Positions 1-14,100 of a stretch of 64,000 nt of DNA are shown one piece after another. Location: NCBI RefSeq assembly GCF_009914755.1, contig NC_060935.1; one strand, 5' to 3'. This DNA is from the human T2T-CHM13v2.0 reference genome, Homo sapiens. Every line of letters begins with the position of its first letter. Positions within the stretch are counted from its first letter, which is position 1. The notes below the pieces were generated by a model. That model saw nothing but the letters and a program-made list of their open reading frames with translations, ran no database searches and was not told the DNA's origin. A program made the position numbers and the translations under genes.

Positions 1-770
1 CAGTGGCTTTGGCTTGTCACCTGCTTTGCCCCTGCTCTACGGAGACATAAGACCGCTGGACTTACTGAGACACGAACAGTGCTGAATAAACTATGTGAGT
101 GCCTGAGGGCTTGGCTAGTTCATCCTGCAGACTGTGTCAGGATGTCTAAAGGAAGCAACTTTGGAGGAAGCTAAGATTGTGGTCCCTTTCCCTAGCATTT
201 AATAAAATGCCTGGATGGTTACCTACCTAGCTTAACACCAGCCTAGCTCAGAAAACAAGGTAGCAGGATGGAAGATTCATGTTTTGGCTTGAAATCAATT
301 TGACTCTGCTTGCCTGAACTCTTAATAATAAAAATAATATTACCCTCACTTTCAGATAACAAAACTAATAACAGTAAGTAACTCGCCCAAGGTCATTCAG
401 CTGGTAATAGCAGGACCAAGAGTCAGACAACGGTAGCCTGGCTCCAAAGTGGATAAATCCTAACCACTGCAATACATTTGCTTCTGCACCCTATTAAGAT
501 TTGATAAGTAAAGTCTGTTCTAGTCAACACAATTTGTCTTACTTATCCTTGAACACTCACCATTAGTATTTTTTATCCCCTTGGACTGGAGAGTTACCAT
601 CTCTGATCCTCCTTTAAAATACAAAGTAGTAAAATATTTTGCAGAAAATAAATGAATATCCTATGAATATCCTAAAGACCTCAGATAGGCTGAGTTGGTC
701 TTCCCTTTTTTTTCTAGTGCAGAAATGATGGAGCAGCCTGGAGAATGAAGCACAGAAAGTAGAGACCAGT

Positions 771-839
771 AGATCCCACAAAAAAATTGAGTCATTAGCT
801 CAAATCTCAAATGTGGTTTAGTCAATGTGCCCCATGCCA
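771..839. repeat. Copy 1 of a ~68-bp local direct duplication
   Basis: agatcccacaaaaaaattgagtcattagctcaaatctcaaatgtggtttagtcaatgtgccccatgcca matches 1456-1523. Confidence 0.95.
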
Positions 840-1129
840 AACAGAATTTTCTTCACTTTATAAGTTTTTTCTAGAATCAATCCTATTTGGATGAAGAAAT
901 GGGGATTGCTTGAACTGTTAGTATGAAGATTCTTCAGATCTCCATCCTGCATGCTCGCCATATACGTACTTACACTTAGTATAAAAGGCTAAAATAAATT
1001 ACTCACTAAAACTACATCTACAGATCAACACTGAAACACAAATTGGCAATTATATCAACCACCAATGTCATGCTATATAAAGTATATCACACACATTCAA
1101 TCATTTAATTTCCATAGTGAGAGGAAAGG

Positions 1130-1380
1130 GAACTAACATTGATTAACCAACTACCTACTGTGTGCCAAGCAAATATGGTAAGCTTTTTACTTGTGTTTTA
1201 TTGTTTACTCCTTACAGAACCCCAGAAGGATTGACGGAACTTTCTCTTGTCTATAGAGAAGTAAACAGAGGCACAGAATGATTCTGTGAATTTCTCAAAA
1301 TGTCAGATGGCTAGAAGGAAGCAAAACTGAGATTCAAACCCAGGTGTTCTGACTCTAAGCCCTTTGCTTTTCACCATTAG
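1130..1380 (-). mobile_element. MIR SINE
   Basis: Motifs ctactgtgtgccaagc, aaacagaggcacaga, gagattcaaacccagg..ctgactc. Confidence 0.65.
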
Positions 1381-1455
1381 GCCATAATGCCTCAAACCCC
1401 ACTGACTCACACCGAGCTTTTACAAATCTGCTTTATTTATGCAAATGATTTCTGA

Positions 1456-1523
1456 AGATCCCACAAAAAATGGAGTCAATAGCTCAAATCTCAAATGTGG
1501 TTTAGTCAATGTGCCCCATGCCA
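1456..1523. repeat. Copy 2 of a ~68-bp local direct duplication
   Basis: Differs from 771-839 by 2 substitutions and 1 A-run indel. Confidence 0.95.
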
Positions 1524-3098
1524 TAATAACCATACCTACTTAATTCACTGATTCACTCTATGTGGTGCTATTCCTGGAAAGATCCATGTGGATACCATCT
1601 GTTCCTCGTTGCTAAGCTACTAAAGAGCTATAATCTTAGCAGTACAGTTGTATTATCCAGATTTAGGTGCCAGAATTCAGAGCAAGCTGCCAATAACCTG
1701 GTTCTTTAGGTTAAGGTAGGGCTTATTTCTTCTGTAGTACATGGATAATGGTTTTATACACAATGTGGGATCACTAAATTATTGCTATTTAGTTTCCATC
1801 CTTCTTCTCTCTTTTCCTCCCACCAGGCAAGGATCCTTACTACTCCAAGCACATACCTTGCTCATGCCTACCGCAATGTCTTTGTTTTCATTTCTTCCTT
1901 TTCCTACATCCTAAATCAGTTGCAGTCCTCAATCTTATCTCTCTAACCAAATTCTTTCCATCCTGCAAGGACAATCTAAAGTTCCAGATGCTTCATGATA
2001 CTTTCCCCATCATCACTCCAGGACTCAATCTATACATCCTATTCCCCACATTTTAAAGCACTCATTATTTGTATTACTTCAGATCACACTGAATTTTAAA
2101 TATTAAAGGAAATAAGTTATGTGAAAGCACTAAACCCTGACATTCTGAATGAATATTTCTTTATATTTTTATACATGTTGATAGCTAATTGGTTCATGTG
2201 TGATATTCATGTCTCCGTGCAGAAATTGTAATCATTTTGAAGTCAGGGTCCTCCTCTCTATTTCTTCATCAGCCACTCCACCTACACTCCTAACAGTGCT
2301 GGGCATACAACACACACTCAAACACTCAAACAGTAATTGTTAATTGATTTTTAGACCTATTGGACTAGAGCCACAGCAATAGGAGTTACAATTCATGAGA
2401 AACTCTTGGGGCAACAGAATTAGATACAATGGGTAGAAAGGGGTAACTGCATGCTGCCCTCTGGTGATGAGCTCTTATACCACACTGCTTGATGGTGTCC
2501 ATGTGTGAGCATCTGGAGCCTGTCATGCACTCCAGACCATGCTATTCACTGCAGAGCATGAAAATTAAGGAAAATTATAAACAGAAAGACTCCTCTATGC
2601 TAATTATACACTGGTACTTTGTGCTTATTCTTCCCTATTCCTCATTGCAACCCTATGAAGTACATATTCCAATTATGATTATCTTATAGATAAGGAAAGT
2701 GAGGCATGGACCTGTAACACAACTTACCCAAGATCACCAGACTAATAACCAGATGGAGCCAAGGCTCACTCCTCTTGACTCCAAATCCATATTCTTGTCT
2801 TACCATTACCCTGCATGGAACAAGGATGGTAGCTGCTGGCAGTGTTACTTGTTCTAACTTATTATTCCACTGTACATTTCAGGAGAAGTTAGGTGGGAGG
2901 AAGTATGGGATTTGGAGAAAAAACTAAGAACTCAAAAATCACGACAAAGCAAAATGACATCTACAGCATTTCTCAAACTTTCCAGATAAAATGTGAGAAT
3001 ATATCCCCAAAGACTTACCCAAAACTAGACATTTATTCAAAGCCTCATGTCTTATATTAAAAATGAATGCAATTTTCATCCTTTACTCCATAATCATC

Positions 3099-3450
3099 TT
3101 TTTTTTCATAAGTTATTGGGGTACAGGTGGTATTTGGTTACACAAGTAAGTTCTTTAGTGGTGATTTGTGAGATTTTCGTGCACGCATCACTCGAGCAGT
3201 ATACACTGCACCATATTTGTAGTCTTCTATCCCCTGACCCCCTTTCACTCTTCCCCTCAAATCCCCAAAGTCCACTGCAACACTCTTAGGCCTTTGCATC
3301 CTCAGAGCTTAGCTCCCACATATCAGTGAGAACATACAATGTTTGGTTTTCCGTTTCTGAGTAGCTTCACATAGAATAATAGTCTACTGTCTCATCCAGG
3401 TCACTGCAAATGCTGTTAATTCATTCCTTTTTATGGCTGCATAGTGTTCC
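3099..3450 (-). mobile_element. L1PB-type LINE-1 3' end fragment
   Basis: T-run then ttattggggtacaggtggtatttggttac...agctcccacatatcagtgagaacatac, the reverse complement of an L1PB 3' UTR. Confidence 0.8.
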
Positions 3451-6256
3451 TATTTTTAATAGAAACATAAAGTTTTGAGTCATTGATAATGGAATCAACC
3501 TGACAACCCAGGTGGTTCCTGCATGGCTATAAAAAATCAGGCACTCTGTCTCCCTGGAAATAACCACACTCCAGTCAAGGAATTATGTTCCTAATATAAA
3601 GATGGCAGAACTAGGGAGTCAGGAGATCTTAGTTTCAGACCCAGTAAGTTAAGTAATTCAGCAGTTTACTGAGTCTCCCCAGTTAGTTTTATTTTTTAAG
3701 GAATAAAGAGGGAAATGGCTTCTGAAAGTCCACTTCTCATCAAGGATCTAATTTTACTCTTGCAAAGTTCATCCTGCTAGGAAATACTGTAAAGAAAGCA
3801 AGGATGCTGTATAACTTTTCATTCTGGGAAATGATCTCTGTTTTTACCACTCAGACATAGAAAGTTAGGAGACAGGACATTAAGAAAAGCATGCAGAAAT
3901 AAAAGACAAAAGTTAAATTTGATAAGGAACAATTATAGAAATTGGTTTCTAATGACTTGGCTGAAGCATAATGTCCTGTATGCCTTAGACAAGGCACCTC
4001 AAAAATCTATATATGGTCCTGTTGTTCTATGTTCATAGTTCATATTTTGTTTTTCTTGTAAACAGGTTAATTTTCTGGCCTAAGAACTATGTAATCAGCA
4101 GCAAGGAGTTCTCTTCTATATAAAGAGTAAAAAAGATTTGAAGTGAAGCTGAGAATTATTACCAAGCTCTTTCTTCCATTATTGCCTCTATCCATTTTCT
4201 ATAAGGTATAACTCCAGAAAAAAAATCCCTCTGCCTTCATTTTTCCCCTACTCACCATAATTTGACACTAGATCATACACTAAGATTTGAAACATAACAG
4301 GTGAAGCTATACAGAAAGTCTTAAAATATTTTATATCTAGAATGATTCTTTTGTGTGAGAAGAAATTTTAGGGAGAGAGGCAAAGATGAAGTATGAGTTT
4401 TAGTTTGCTGTTATCCATCAGTAATCTGTAATGTGCTTATGTTTATGGTGGGCCTGGAGGATGTTCCAAGACTTGTTTCTAAACAATGGCACTTGGGCGC
4501 TCATTACAAGACGAACAGGGTACAGGATATTTTAGTTTCATTTTCCCTTATTTTAAATTCTCATAACATCTGTAAGTCTAAGAATCTCCCCTCAACCCAT
4601 TTTTCTTCAAAATTAATGTTCAATTTGGAAACATTTCCAATGAGGAAAAACATGGAGAAAAATAACAGATAAAAAGGAGACGTGAATGGGGACTAGAAAC
4701 ATAGAGGTTCACTAAATACTGCTGGCATTTGCTGATGCCAAAGAATATACTCTGCAGATGTGTTTGTATATTGTCATCAACTAGGCAATGAAGTCTTTGT
4801 TCTCCAAGCCAAGAGCCTACAAATCTCTGGATCCAAAATGCCAACCAGTTCCTAGCCCCACAGCTGTTCTAGCTTCCCACAGTGGCAGTGTCTATGTTAC
4901 TCTTGCTTTCTCAGTTTTCTGGTGGCTTTCTTACTTTAAATTATTCTATAAAGCAAGGATACTGCTTGTTCAGTTTACCTCCTAGTAGGCCTGGCATAAT
5001 GCTACAACTGTGTGTTTAACATAAAGAAGGAGGAATATTATCTGTTGCTGTGGGCTAGAGGAGAGATGGGGAAATAACAAGAAAAAAGAATGAAAGAGAA
5101 GGAGCACAGGGAGTAGGTTGTTTTCTGGTATGTGGGGACTCTGTCACAAGTTGGAGAGTGAAATGATGATTCCCAGGCTGGGACTCTCTCTTCTGTGCTC
5201 TCAGACTCCTTTTTCCATTGGAATTGTAATCTCAGGTACTCTGGAACCTTCATTTGTTTTATAAAGGTTTTTCCTAACCAACTAGAAAGGAGATGATAAC
5301 TTCCTTATGAATATATTTGCAATCATCTCGTGACTGCTCCTCACCCACCGTTACTGGATAAGAACATTTGTATCTTATGCTTTTATGTCATAGGATGAGC
5401 ATCTTCTAGTCCTGCACTTGGATTTAGCAGACGAGGCTTCTAGGACTGGCTGTGGCCCTGTAGAACTTAGTCAAGTCACTTAACTCTCTGAATTATTTCT
5501 AAGGTTATATACAACTATAATGAGAATCGTATGATTCCTGATTTTAATACTAGTCTAATTTTGAATATCATAAAAGTAGTAATAAAAGAGTTTAGAACTT
5601 GGATTATCTGTCTGGGATTTAAGATCTTTCTCCTCACTTCTGCAATGGTCTTAGCTAATTAATTTAATCTCTCTGAAAATTTCTATTCATGTATAGATGT
5701 TAAAAGTTATTATTTCATCAATATCATGTGGTTCTTCAAGAAGCAAATGTAGCCATATATGAGGACATTATGCAATTTGTAAATGTATATATTTGGGATA
5801 ATATTTAAAAATTTGCAGCAACAGTAATAACAACCTTTACCAGGCACACTTTTGGGTCAGGCACTGTGTTAAGAGTTCAATTCACATGATTTTGTTAGAC
5901 TTCGAACAATGCTAAAAAGTTATATATAACATCTAATTTTACATTGGATGAAACTTAGGCTCAGAGAATTTGAGTAATTTACCCAAGATAGCAAATGGTG
6001 GAAGAAGGATCCTTCAAGTAGCTGAAATTCTGAATCAGAATAAAAACTGAACTCGGATTTTAGTCCTACTACATTATGTCTTACTGTTTAACCATTTCTG
6101 ATCCTGGCCATTTCAACTTTCTAAGCTTTAATTTTCATATAACTACTATGAAGACGATAAAACTCGTCTTGCCTAATTGTGAAAGTTGTAACGAGAAGTA
6201 ATCTAGTTTATACTACTTTGAAAATTGTAACAAGATAAATAAATATAAGGAAGATA

Positions 6257-6302
6257 GGTAGTAGTAGTAGTAGTAGAGGTAGTCTTAGCAGCAGCAGCAG
6301 CA
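6257..6302. repeat. (TAG)n followed by (CAG)n short trinucleotide repeats
   Basis: gtagtagtagtagtagtag...agcagcagcagcagc. Confidence 0.8.
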
Positions 6303-8924
6303 AGAGTAAAAACATTGGTGTAATTTTTTCAACTCTACATGATGAAAATGAGAATTCCCATTGCTCCTAAGCATCTTCTTGCTAAATAAAAATATCTAAA
6401 TGAAGCTTCAAAAACTATGGCATATCTAGTATTAGCTCATTAAAGCTTTTCAGATTTTAATGTGTATATATTTTTAAATTTTGGTTTGCTACATGGAAGA
6501 GGACTGCCATTATTAACTCTGAACAGCTGTCTATTTTTCTGTTCTGTAACAAATAAGCTTGGCGTTCTATTTTTGCAATTTCTGGGATGGGTATGGAAAG
6601 TGGAAGTGGCAGAATGTAAGCTTTACTCTATTGTACAATAACTATATCAGTGCTAATACTCCATTTTAATGAGTCATCAAAACATTTTATAATGAGCAAT
6701 ACTGGAATACAAAGAAGGCACCCTGCACCTGGTGTTAGTTTTTCGTGGCCTCCAGATGTGTATGCACAGGCATCACAAGACCGGTAGTCAAAGAAAATGC
6801 AAACTTCACAAGTGAGGAAGATATAAAGATAGCAGGCTCTTGCTTTTTTGTTAAAAACCTAAAGTGACAATTTCATTCCACTTTACCAGCAATCTGCAAA
6901 TGTTCTTGCAGTCCCAAGCTATTGTAATTATCCAGGTCGCTTCTGGTGTAGTTCCCCTCTCTGCCTTAAATTGAACATCTCCATAGATTAAGTGTCATCT
7001 TTATTCCTATACTAATAGAAATTCCATTAATAGCCTTGTTCATATTCTTCAGAAGGAAATGGACTAAAAATTGGGGTATTACTAAACAGAAATGCAAAGC
7101 AAGGTTAAGAGGAAGGAAACAGGGAAATGAATCCAACATGATTGAGGATGATGAGTTAAGTACTATTTAGAATCCAGAAAGGACAAAACGCACTTGGAAC
7201 ACCATGAACTGGGACTGAAAGTCATCACTGAACAAATCCTATTTAGAGCTGACCTCAACATATGATGGTTCAAACTATACATCCAGGGACCACAGAGGCA
7301 GAGTTGGTGGATGTGATGCTGGAGCTCAGGAGACATAGTTTAAGAATTTATCTGAGGCAAGAAGGATCATTTCCTCATTATCGTTTCATTGTTGCCTAAA
7401 TTCTCCCTTCTTAAGTATTCACCATTCCATCTATGCAGATTTACTTAGGAAACATAATATTTAAGAAACCATACTTGGCACTGCAGAAAGTAGGAAGAGG
7501 AGAAGTGCATAGTCTTGCCCTGCAAGGAATTCATAATGTCATGTGGAGATAAAAGAAACCTCCCAAATGCTTATAATCCAAAGCAGAAAAAAATGCACGA
7601 GAGAAATAGGGACAAAGTCCCATGACAGGCATGAAGAAAGGCAGGTGGGATTACGGTTGGAAGACCTAGGTTCTTTCCTGGTCTTACTGGCCACAAGATT
7701 TTAAACAAGGTACTTAACCCCACTAATCCTCTGAAATGTAGATAATAACAATGATCCATTTCATGTTGGTATTGTGATGATTGCGTACAAAAGTATAGAT
7801 TAAAGTAGTTGGTAAGAAATTTCCCTACTCTTATTTTTCCTCAGGGGGATGTTAATCAGGGTTGAAGTAAGGAGGGAAAAGGCATGTCTTCTGGTTACTA
7901 GGCATAAGGAAAGGCTTGTGGAAGGGGATAGGAGTTAAGTCCTGAAGGATACAACCTTACTTTGAAGACCACTGTCCTCAGCTGATCTGTTTATCTTCTC
8001 TTCAACTCCGTCCTTCATCTTCTTTAGCACTGTATCCTATTCCTGTACCACTAGTCACTAACTGGCCCCTATCTTAAAGTTCTGTGGCTGTGGGTATAGA
8101 AACTCACTTGCACTGGCTTAAGCAAAATTTGGAATTTGTTGTCAGGCTAAAAGGACAAGAAGCACAGCAGGGCAGGCCGTCTGATAAACTGGAACTAAGA
8201 ACTGGGAGTTTTGGGGGACCCAGAAAGTCACAGTCCAGCCTCTCTTAGTTCTTTTCAGCCTCATTTCTCTGTGTCTTTCTTTGAGACCACATAGTTTCTC
8301 ACCTCCTTTTCTTTTTCTACATTTGTTTCATTCTTTTACATTTCTGCACAAACGTTCTCTGCTTCTCCATGGATATACTCAATTCTAGGCACCATTGTCA
8401 ACCTGTAGGTCAGGCCACACATAGCAGGGACAATTAAGCCAGGTTTCTGAAAATAATCTCTTTCTTGAGGTTCTCTTCTGAGGCTCCAGTGCCTTTGTCT
8501 GTGGGCTTGAATTATTTAGTGTTGTTTTTATGATTTACCTGTATAATTCCTGACCTTAAATATGACCCAACTCTCATCCTGGTTGTTCTGACCTTGCTTC
8601 TGTAATGCTCAAAGTGTTAGATCACAAGTTGGAGAAAGTTAGTAACATACTCTCATTTCATACTGCTCTTTCTTGCCTTAGTGACTTTGTTCCAGTTGTT
8701 TTTAACCTCTCACCTCCCTCATCTTGTAAACCCCTGTTTTAAAACTGTCTCAAGACTTTTCTCCTTTTTCTAGCCTTCGCTGGTTATCTTTCCTTTCCAT
8801 CTCACGCAGATGGATCACTCTTCCCTTGCTGCATTTACCATGGTTTGTACATCTTTTAATTGCTGCTCCTAATCACACTGCAATATAGTTTTCTTGGTTT
8901 TAGTGTTTTCTTCTTACTCTAATG

Positions 8925-9460
<536 letters not shown>

Positions 9461-12400
9461 ACTTTTTGAACTGCCAGTACCTAGCCCAGGGTGTGGCAAG
9501 CAGGATGTGTTGTTTGCTGGATAAATGAATTATATTTTAAAACTAAAGCATATTTGGGAGGATGTTTTATTTCTTTTGTTTTGTTTGTAGTGACTGAGAA
9601 AGTATCTACTATTGCTACACTTTCTGATAATTGATGTTTATCTGTGTATGTATACATGTAATATTGAATTGCAATTGTGAGAAACACTGTAAACAACTTG
9701 CATAGGATAGTATTCAAGTGTGTAATAGAGATACATGTGTAACTGTTTATTTAATGTCTGTCCCCACCACTAGAAGGTAAATACCCCCAGGGCAAGGTTT
9801 GACTGTGCCCTATTTATTATTAGATGTTCCAGGCATATCGTAATTTCTGACACATAAAAGGTATTTAATAAGCATTCATTGAATAGACGAACACATGGAA
9901 AAATAGACTGTGTTTACACAATTTACAAGTGCCTTTTCTGTTTCCTCCACTTGGAATGTCCTCTTCTTCCATCATTACTGAGCGTCAAAATTCTGTTTAA
10001 CCTTCAAACCTAGCTGAGACAGCCTTCCATGAAGCTTGCCCCTTCTCTGAATTCTTGTGGTAATTCATAGACTCTTAGGATACTCTACATTTTGCATATG
10101 GTATTACAGTGATTTGCAAATCAATTTGAAAATTCTTGGGGGCAGAATTCCAATTAGGGGTTCTCCTGATTTATACACGTTTATATCTCTCCCAATGCTT
10201 AATAAGCCGCATAACCTTCACATTAGGGTCAGAATAAGTTTTTCTGAGATGAATGAACGAATGAATTAATAGTATTGCGACTTCTTTTTGACTGACAGAA
10301 GCCCCAAGTCTAGCAGCAAGATGAGCATAAGAACTGTACTTAGGACCCACTGATCCCTGTGTGAATGTTTTTATGAAATCCAGATATGATTGTTAGCAGT
10401 ATAAGGAAAACCAAATTTGTACATTGCAGCAAGAGATATTAGGGCACCATTTGGTAATACTATCTCTCTTACAAAGTGATGATGTCACAAAGAAGTTTTA
10501 AGTTTACTTTTGGGCACTTGTCCTGTCTAGAATAGTGTCTGACACATAGTAGGGGCTCTAGAAAATGTGAGTGAGCTGATTGAACTAACAAACGAATAAA
10601 AACACAGGCCAGTCTCTGTGAAAAGAACTACTAATTATGAGACTGTTTTTATAAGCATATCTACTCATTTGAATAAAATTGCAAAGCCTCTGATTTGCCT
10701 AATATCCAAAAATACTGACTGCCTAGAAGAATGTCCTTATGCCTCCAATGATGGAACCAATTTAAAATACTTCATGAGAACTTTTTATTATTCATGCATT
10801 TAATAAATATTTAGGAGCTTACATTCGCCAGACACTTAGGCTAAAAGATAAGAAAAGTTCTGTGTTGCTGTTTTGCACTTGTGGCTCTTGGATCAGCAGA
10901 TGAACTTGCTTGAGACTCCAGATTTTATTTACATCTTGTTAACTCTAGGGGAGGATCTAATATGTGAAATCAAATCCTGAAACTTTGAAGGACTTCATAG
11001 TTTGGTTTCCTTCTTCTCTGAAGACTGTTTTGAGCAGCACTATCCAGGTATCAGCCACTTTAAGGTTCCTTTCACCAGTATGAATTTTATATGGGAGGTT
11101 CCCTGGGGGCAGATTATATCATGACTTGAGATTTTATGTCAGGTTTATTGTTAGTTCACAGAACTACATTGACTGAAAAACCAGTTGTGATTCATAGCTT
11201 ATGGTGTGTGAGTGAGATGATCCGGACCATCTAGGTGGCTCCGCATTCTAACGATGCGTTAGGAATCCACACTCACAGTAGATGCACAGAAGAGCATTTA
11301 CTTGCTTACGACCTTTTCAGGTCAATTCTCCTAAGATTAACGACATCAATATGTGACTATACTTTATAGACATTGTTCATTTTCAAGTATTTGATTTAAA
11401 AGAGAACAAGGTTTATTTTAAAGGAGGCAATTATTTGAGCCATATATTTGTCACTGATTTAACATAATAGACTCAGCATGATAGGATATGTATACTTCAG
11501 GATTTATTACGATACTGTAAACAATGAAGTGTATCATTAGTACAAATTCCATACAAGTGAAAATACATGTGTGTACATGAAATACATATCATTGGGTTAA
11601 AAAGTGCATAAAGCAGGGAATACATAGAGTACCTTTTCTGCTGACAAAAAAATAAATTGAGGGTCAGTTTATAAAGAGTTATTCTTAACTGATAATATTT
11701 TAATAATGGCTATAATTTCTAAAAGAAGCTCTCATGAAATTGTGATGATATAATCATATGTTTAATAAAGACTTGGAAGATGCTTGAGATATATTGGCAA
11801 ATTCCCAATATGTTCTGAAAAGATTTAGAGCAGTCAAAACTAAAGCAAACCTGAATGATAATTTGGGCATGATTTTATATATGTGTGAATTAAGCAAAAC
11901 TGGAAACACACTGGAATCAAAGACAGAGTAGCCCACGAATTATGAGAATTGAATCCAAGGTTAACTGGACACATAGGGGTCTATTCCATGTATTAACACA
12001 TCCCTGCCCCTACCACTTCACCACCACAATGCTATAGTCAAGGTTCTGAGTTTTCTCCAGATGGACTTTAATAGAAATAATTTTATGAGATCAGTAAAGA
12101 CAAAGCTAATAATGAAAACTGTCAAGCATTAATTGGAAATTGGAGACGCTTGTTGGTTGATTTAGTCATTCCTCACTTGCTCACCAAGCACTCTTTATGT
12201 GCCAGGCACTGTGCTAGACACTGGGAATAGATGCACTTCTGTATTTAAGGAGCTCAAGACAAGACAACAACAACACAAACAAATAAATGTTAGTTCCTTT
12301 CTCCAACTTACTTTCCTATTCACATTTACCCCAAAAGTAACAATATAATTAGAGAGACTGAGAGGAAACACTTAAGAATAAAATGTTAGGTGATAAATCA

Positions 12401-12513
12401 GAGATGCACACAAGAAATCAAGAAGGGGGAAGATAACCCTGCCTGGCAAGGGATGGCTCCGTGAACGAGGAAATACTTGAGGTCCACAAGGAATATCACA
12501 CTTTGATAATAAC

Positions 12514-12536
12514 AAAAAAAAAAAAAAAAAAAAAAA
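12514..12536. repeat. Poly(A)23 tract
   Basis: Seen directly. Confidence 0.9.
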
Positions 12537-13714
12537 GGAAGAGAAGTCTCATAAACATAGGAGAAGCAAACTATACTTTCTAGATTCTAGTTCAAAGCAG
12601 GATCCTTATAGCAAAATGATTTAGAGAGTTTCCCACCATTAGTTTTTTAGACTTCTTACAAAAATTATATAAGCTTTATGGCTTTAGTAGTCAAGATCAA
12701 CTTACCGTGATCCAACTAAAATATAGTGGTTCAATTAGAAGAGCTTCAAATATAGCCCAGAGTTTGTGACATTTAAGTGATTTCGAAGTTACAGGGAAAA
12801 ATATGATGGCATCTAACTTGAGTCACTTGAAAATAACATGAACTTCAAGGAAGATTTATTCCAACTGTTGAAAGAAGCATATCTCTTGAGTTTCTATGTC
12901 AGAAATAATGTTTTTCTTGAGAAGGTACCAAATAAATTTTAGCAGAGATTATTTTTTAAGACTCTTCTCTCATAGCTAATTGGTGATCTCAATTCTTCAA
13001 AGTAGATCTAATGAAAATAATCAAACATTTTAATATTCTTCTTGGTAGTCCTATTTACCTTATCTCGGCCTATCAAATGTTGCCAGCCTGATTCCTCTGG
13101 TTAAATAAATTATAAACACAAACATTATTTCTCCAAAATAAAACACAATGACACTGATTCACTAATTCACTTTACATAGCTATACACAACTTCTGTCAGA
13201 AATTTTTACAAAATCTAAATATTGCATCACTACTTTACTAAAGAAGCAATTATACTTTTCAAGATAACTTTTTTGGTGGGTTTTACTTGGAGTAAAGAAT
13301 AGCAATTTTGGTTTCTTGATCTATATATCAAACCTAACTGCAAAAGATATTCAAGTAGCTCTGGGGGAACCAATGGGGAAATAAACATTGCAGTTTATTT
13401 CAAACATTAATATATGGAATATCAATATTGTTTCCTTTCTTTAGTACATGCCACTATTAGAAACTACTGTCTTCAGTGGGATGAGTTTGATTGGACCACT
13501 GTTTATTCTTTCTCACCGATTAATGCTTGGACATATTAAGAATTAGGAATTCATACAGAGAAAAACCATATATTTAGCCTGAATGAGAACTACAGAGAAA
13601 ATAACTATGATCATCAAATGCACAGAATTTATACATTTCTCTATAGATACAACAGGAGAAAAAGGAAGAATAAATAAAAGAATCCCTAGGAAAATAAAAG
13701 AAAATTTTCCTTAC

Positions 13715-13819
13715 CGGAATAAATGCATGTTGCATAGCTTGTTCACATTGTTTTAAGGAAGCAATAGTATCCCACAAAAGCTGATAATTCTCAGCCCGAG
13801 AAACACTTGGCCGTTGCAT
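13715..13819 (-). CDS. DLG2: DLG2 alternative first coding exon, short N-terminus MQRPSVSRAENYQLLWDTIASLKQCEQAMQHAFIP (PSD-93 gamma type), 35 codons, phase-0 donor
   Basis: ATG at 13819 with an in-frame TGA 7 codons upstream; strong donor CCG|GTAAGG at 13715/13714; peptide recalled as a DLG2 isoform start; second in-frame ATG (MQHAFIP) at 13735. Confidence 0.9.
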
Positions 13820-14100
13820 AGCGAAAGCTGGTAACACTCAAACTGAGCTCACAGAACCCAGTTGAAGAGGAAAAAAAAAAAAAAAAAAAAAAACCCTGCA
13901 GATCTGTTACATAAACTTCTTAATTAGATCTGCTACACAAACTGCTATCTTAAGACTTAAAAAAAAAGTTAATCAGAACATTTCTTTTGGGGGATAACTG
14001 GGCATGACTTGAACAGAGACAGATGTTTTCATCGGGAAGAATTTTCATTCCTACACTTGTGAAAAGCAATCCCATCAGTGCTCTCCTGTCTTCACACGGG
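13820..14100 (-). promoter_or_regulatory. DLG2: 5' UTR and promoter of the short DLG2 alternative first exon, including a T23 tract on the minus strand
   Basis: Upstream of the ATG at 13819, repeat-free; A23 at 13871-13893 on the plus strand. Confidence 0.5.

Noticed and set aside
11241-11263. Short overlapping inverted repeats (cgcat..atgcg, ctaacg..cgttag)
   Set aside because: Stems of 5-6 bp are not significant in 64 kb.
13574-13714. ORF continuation VRKIFFYF... after HAFIP
   Set aside because: Intronic read-through past the GTAAGG donor.
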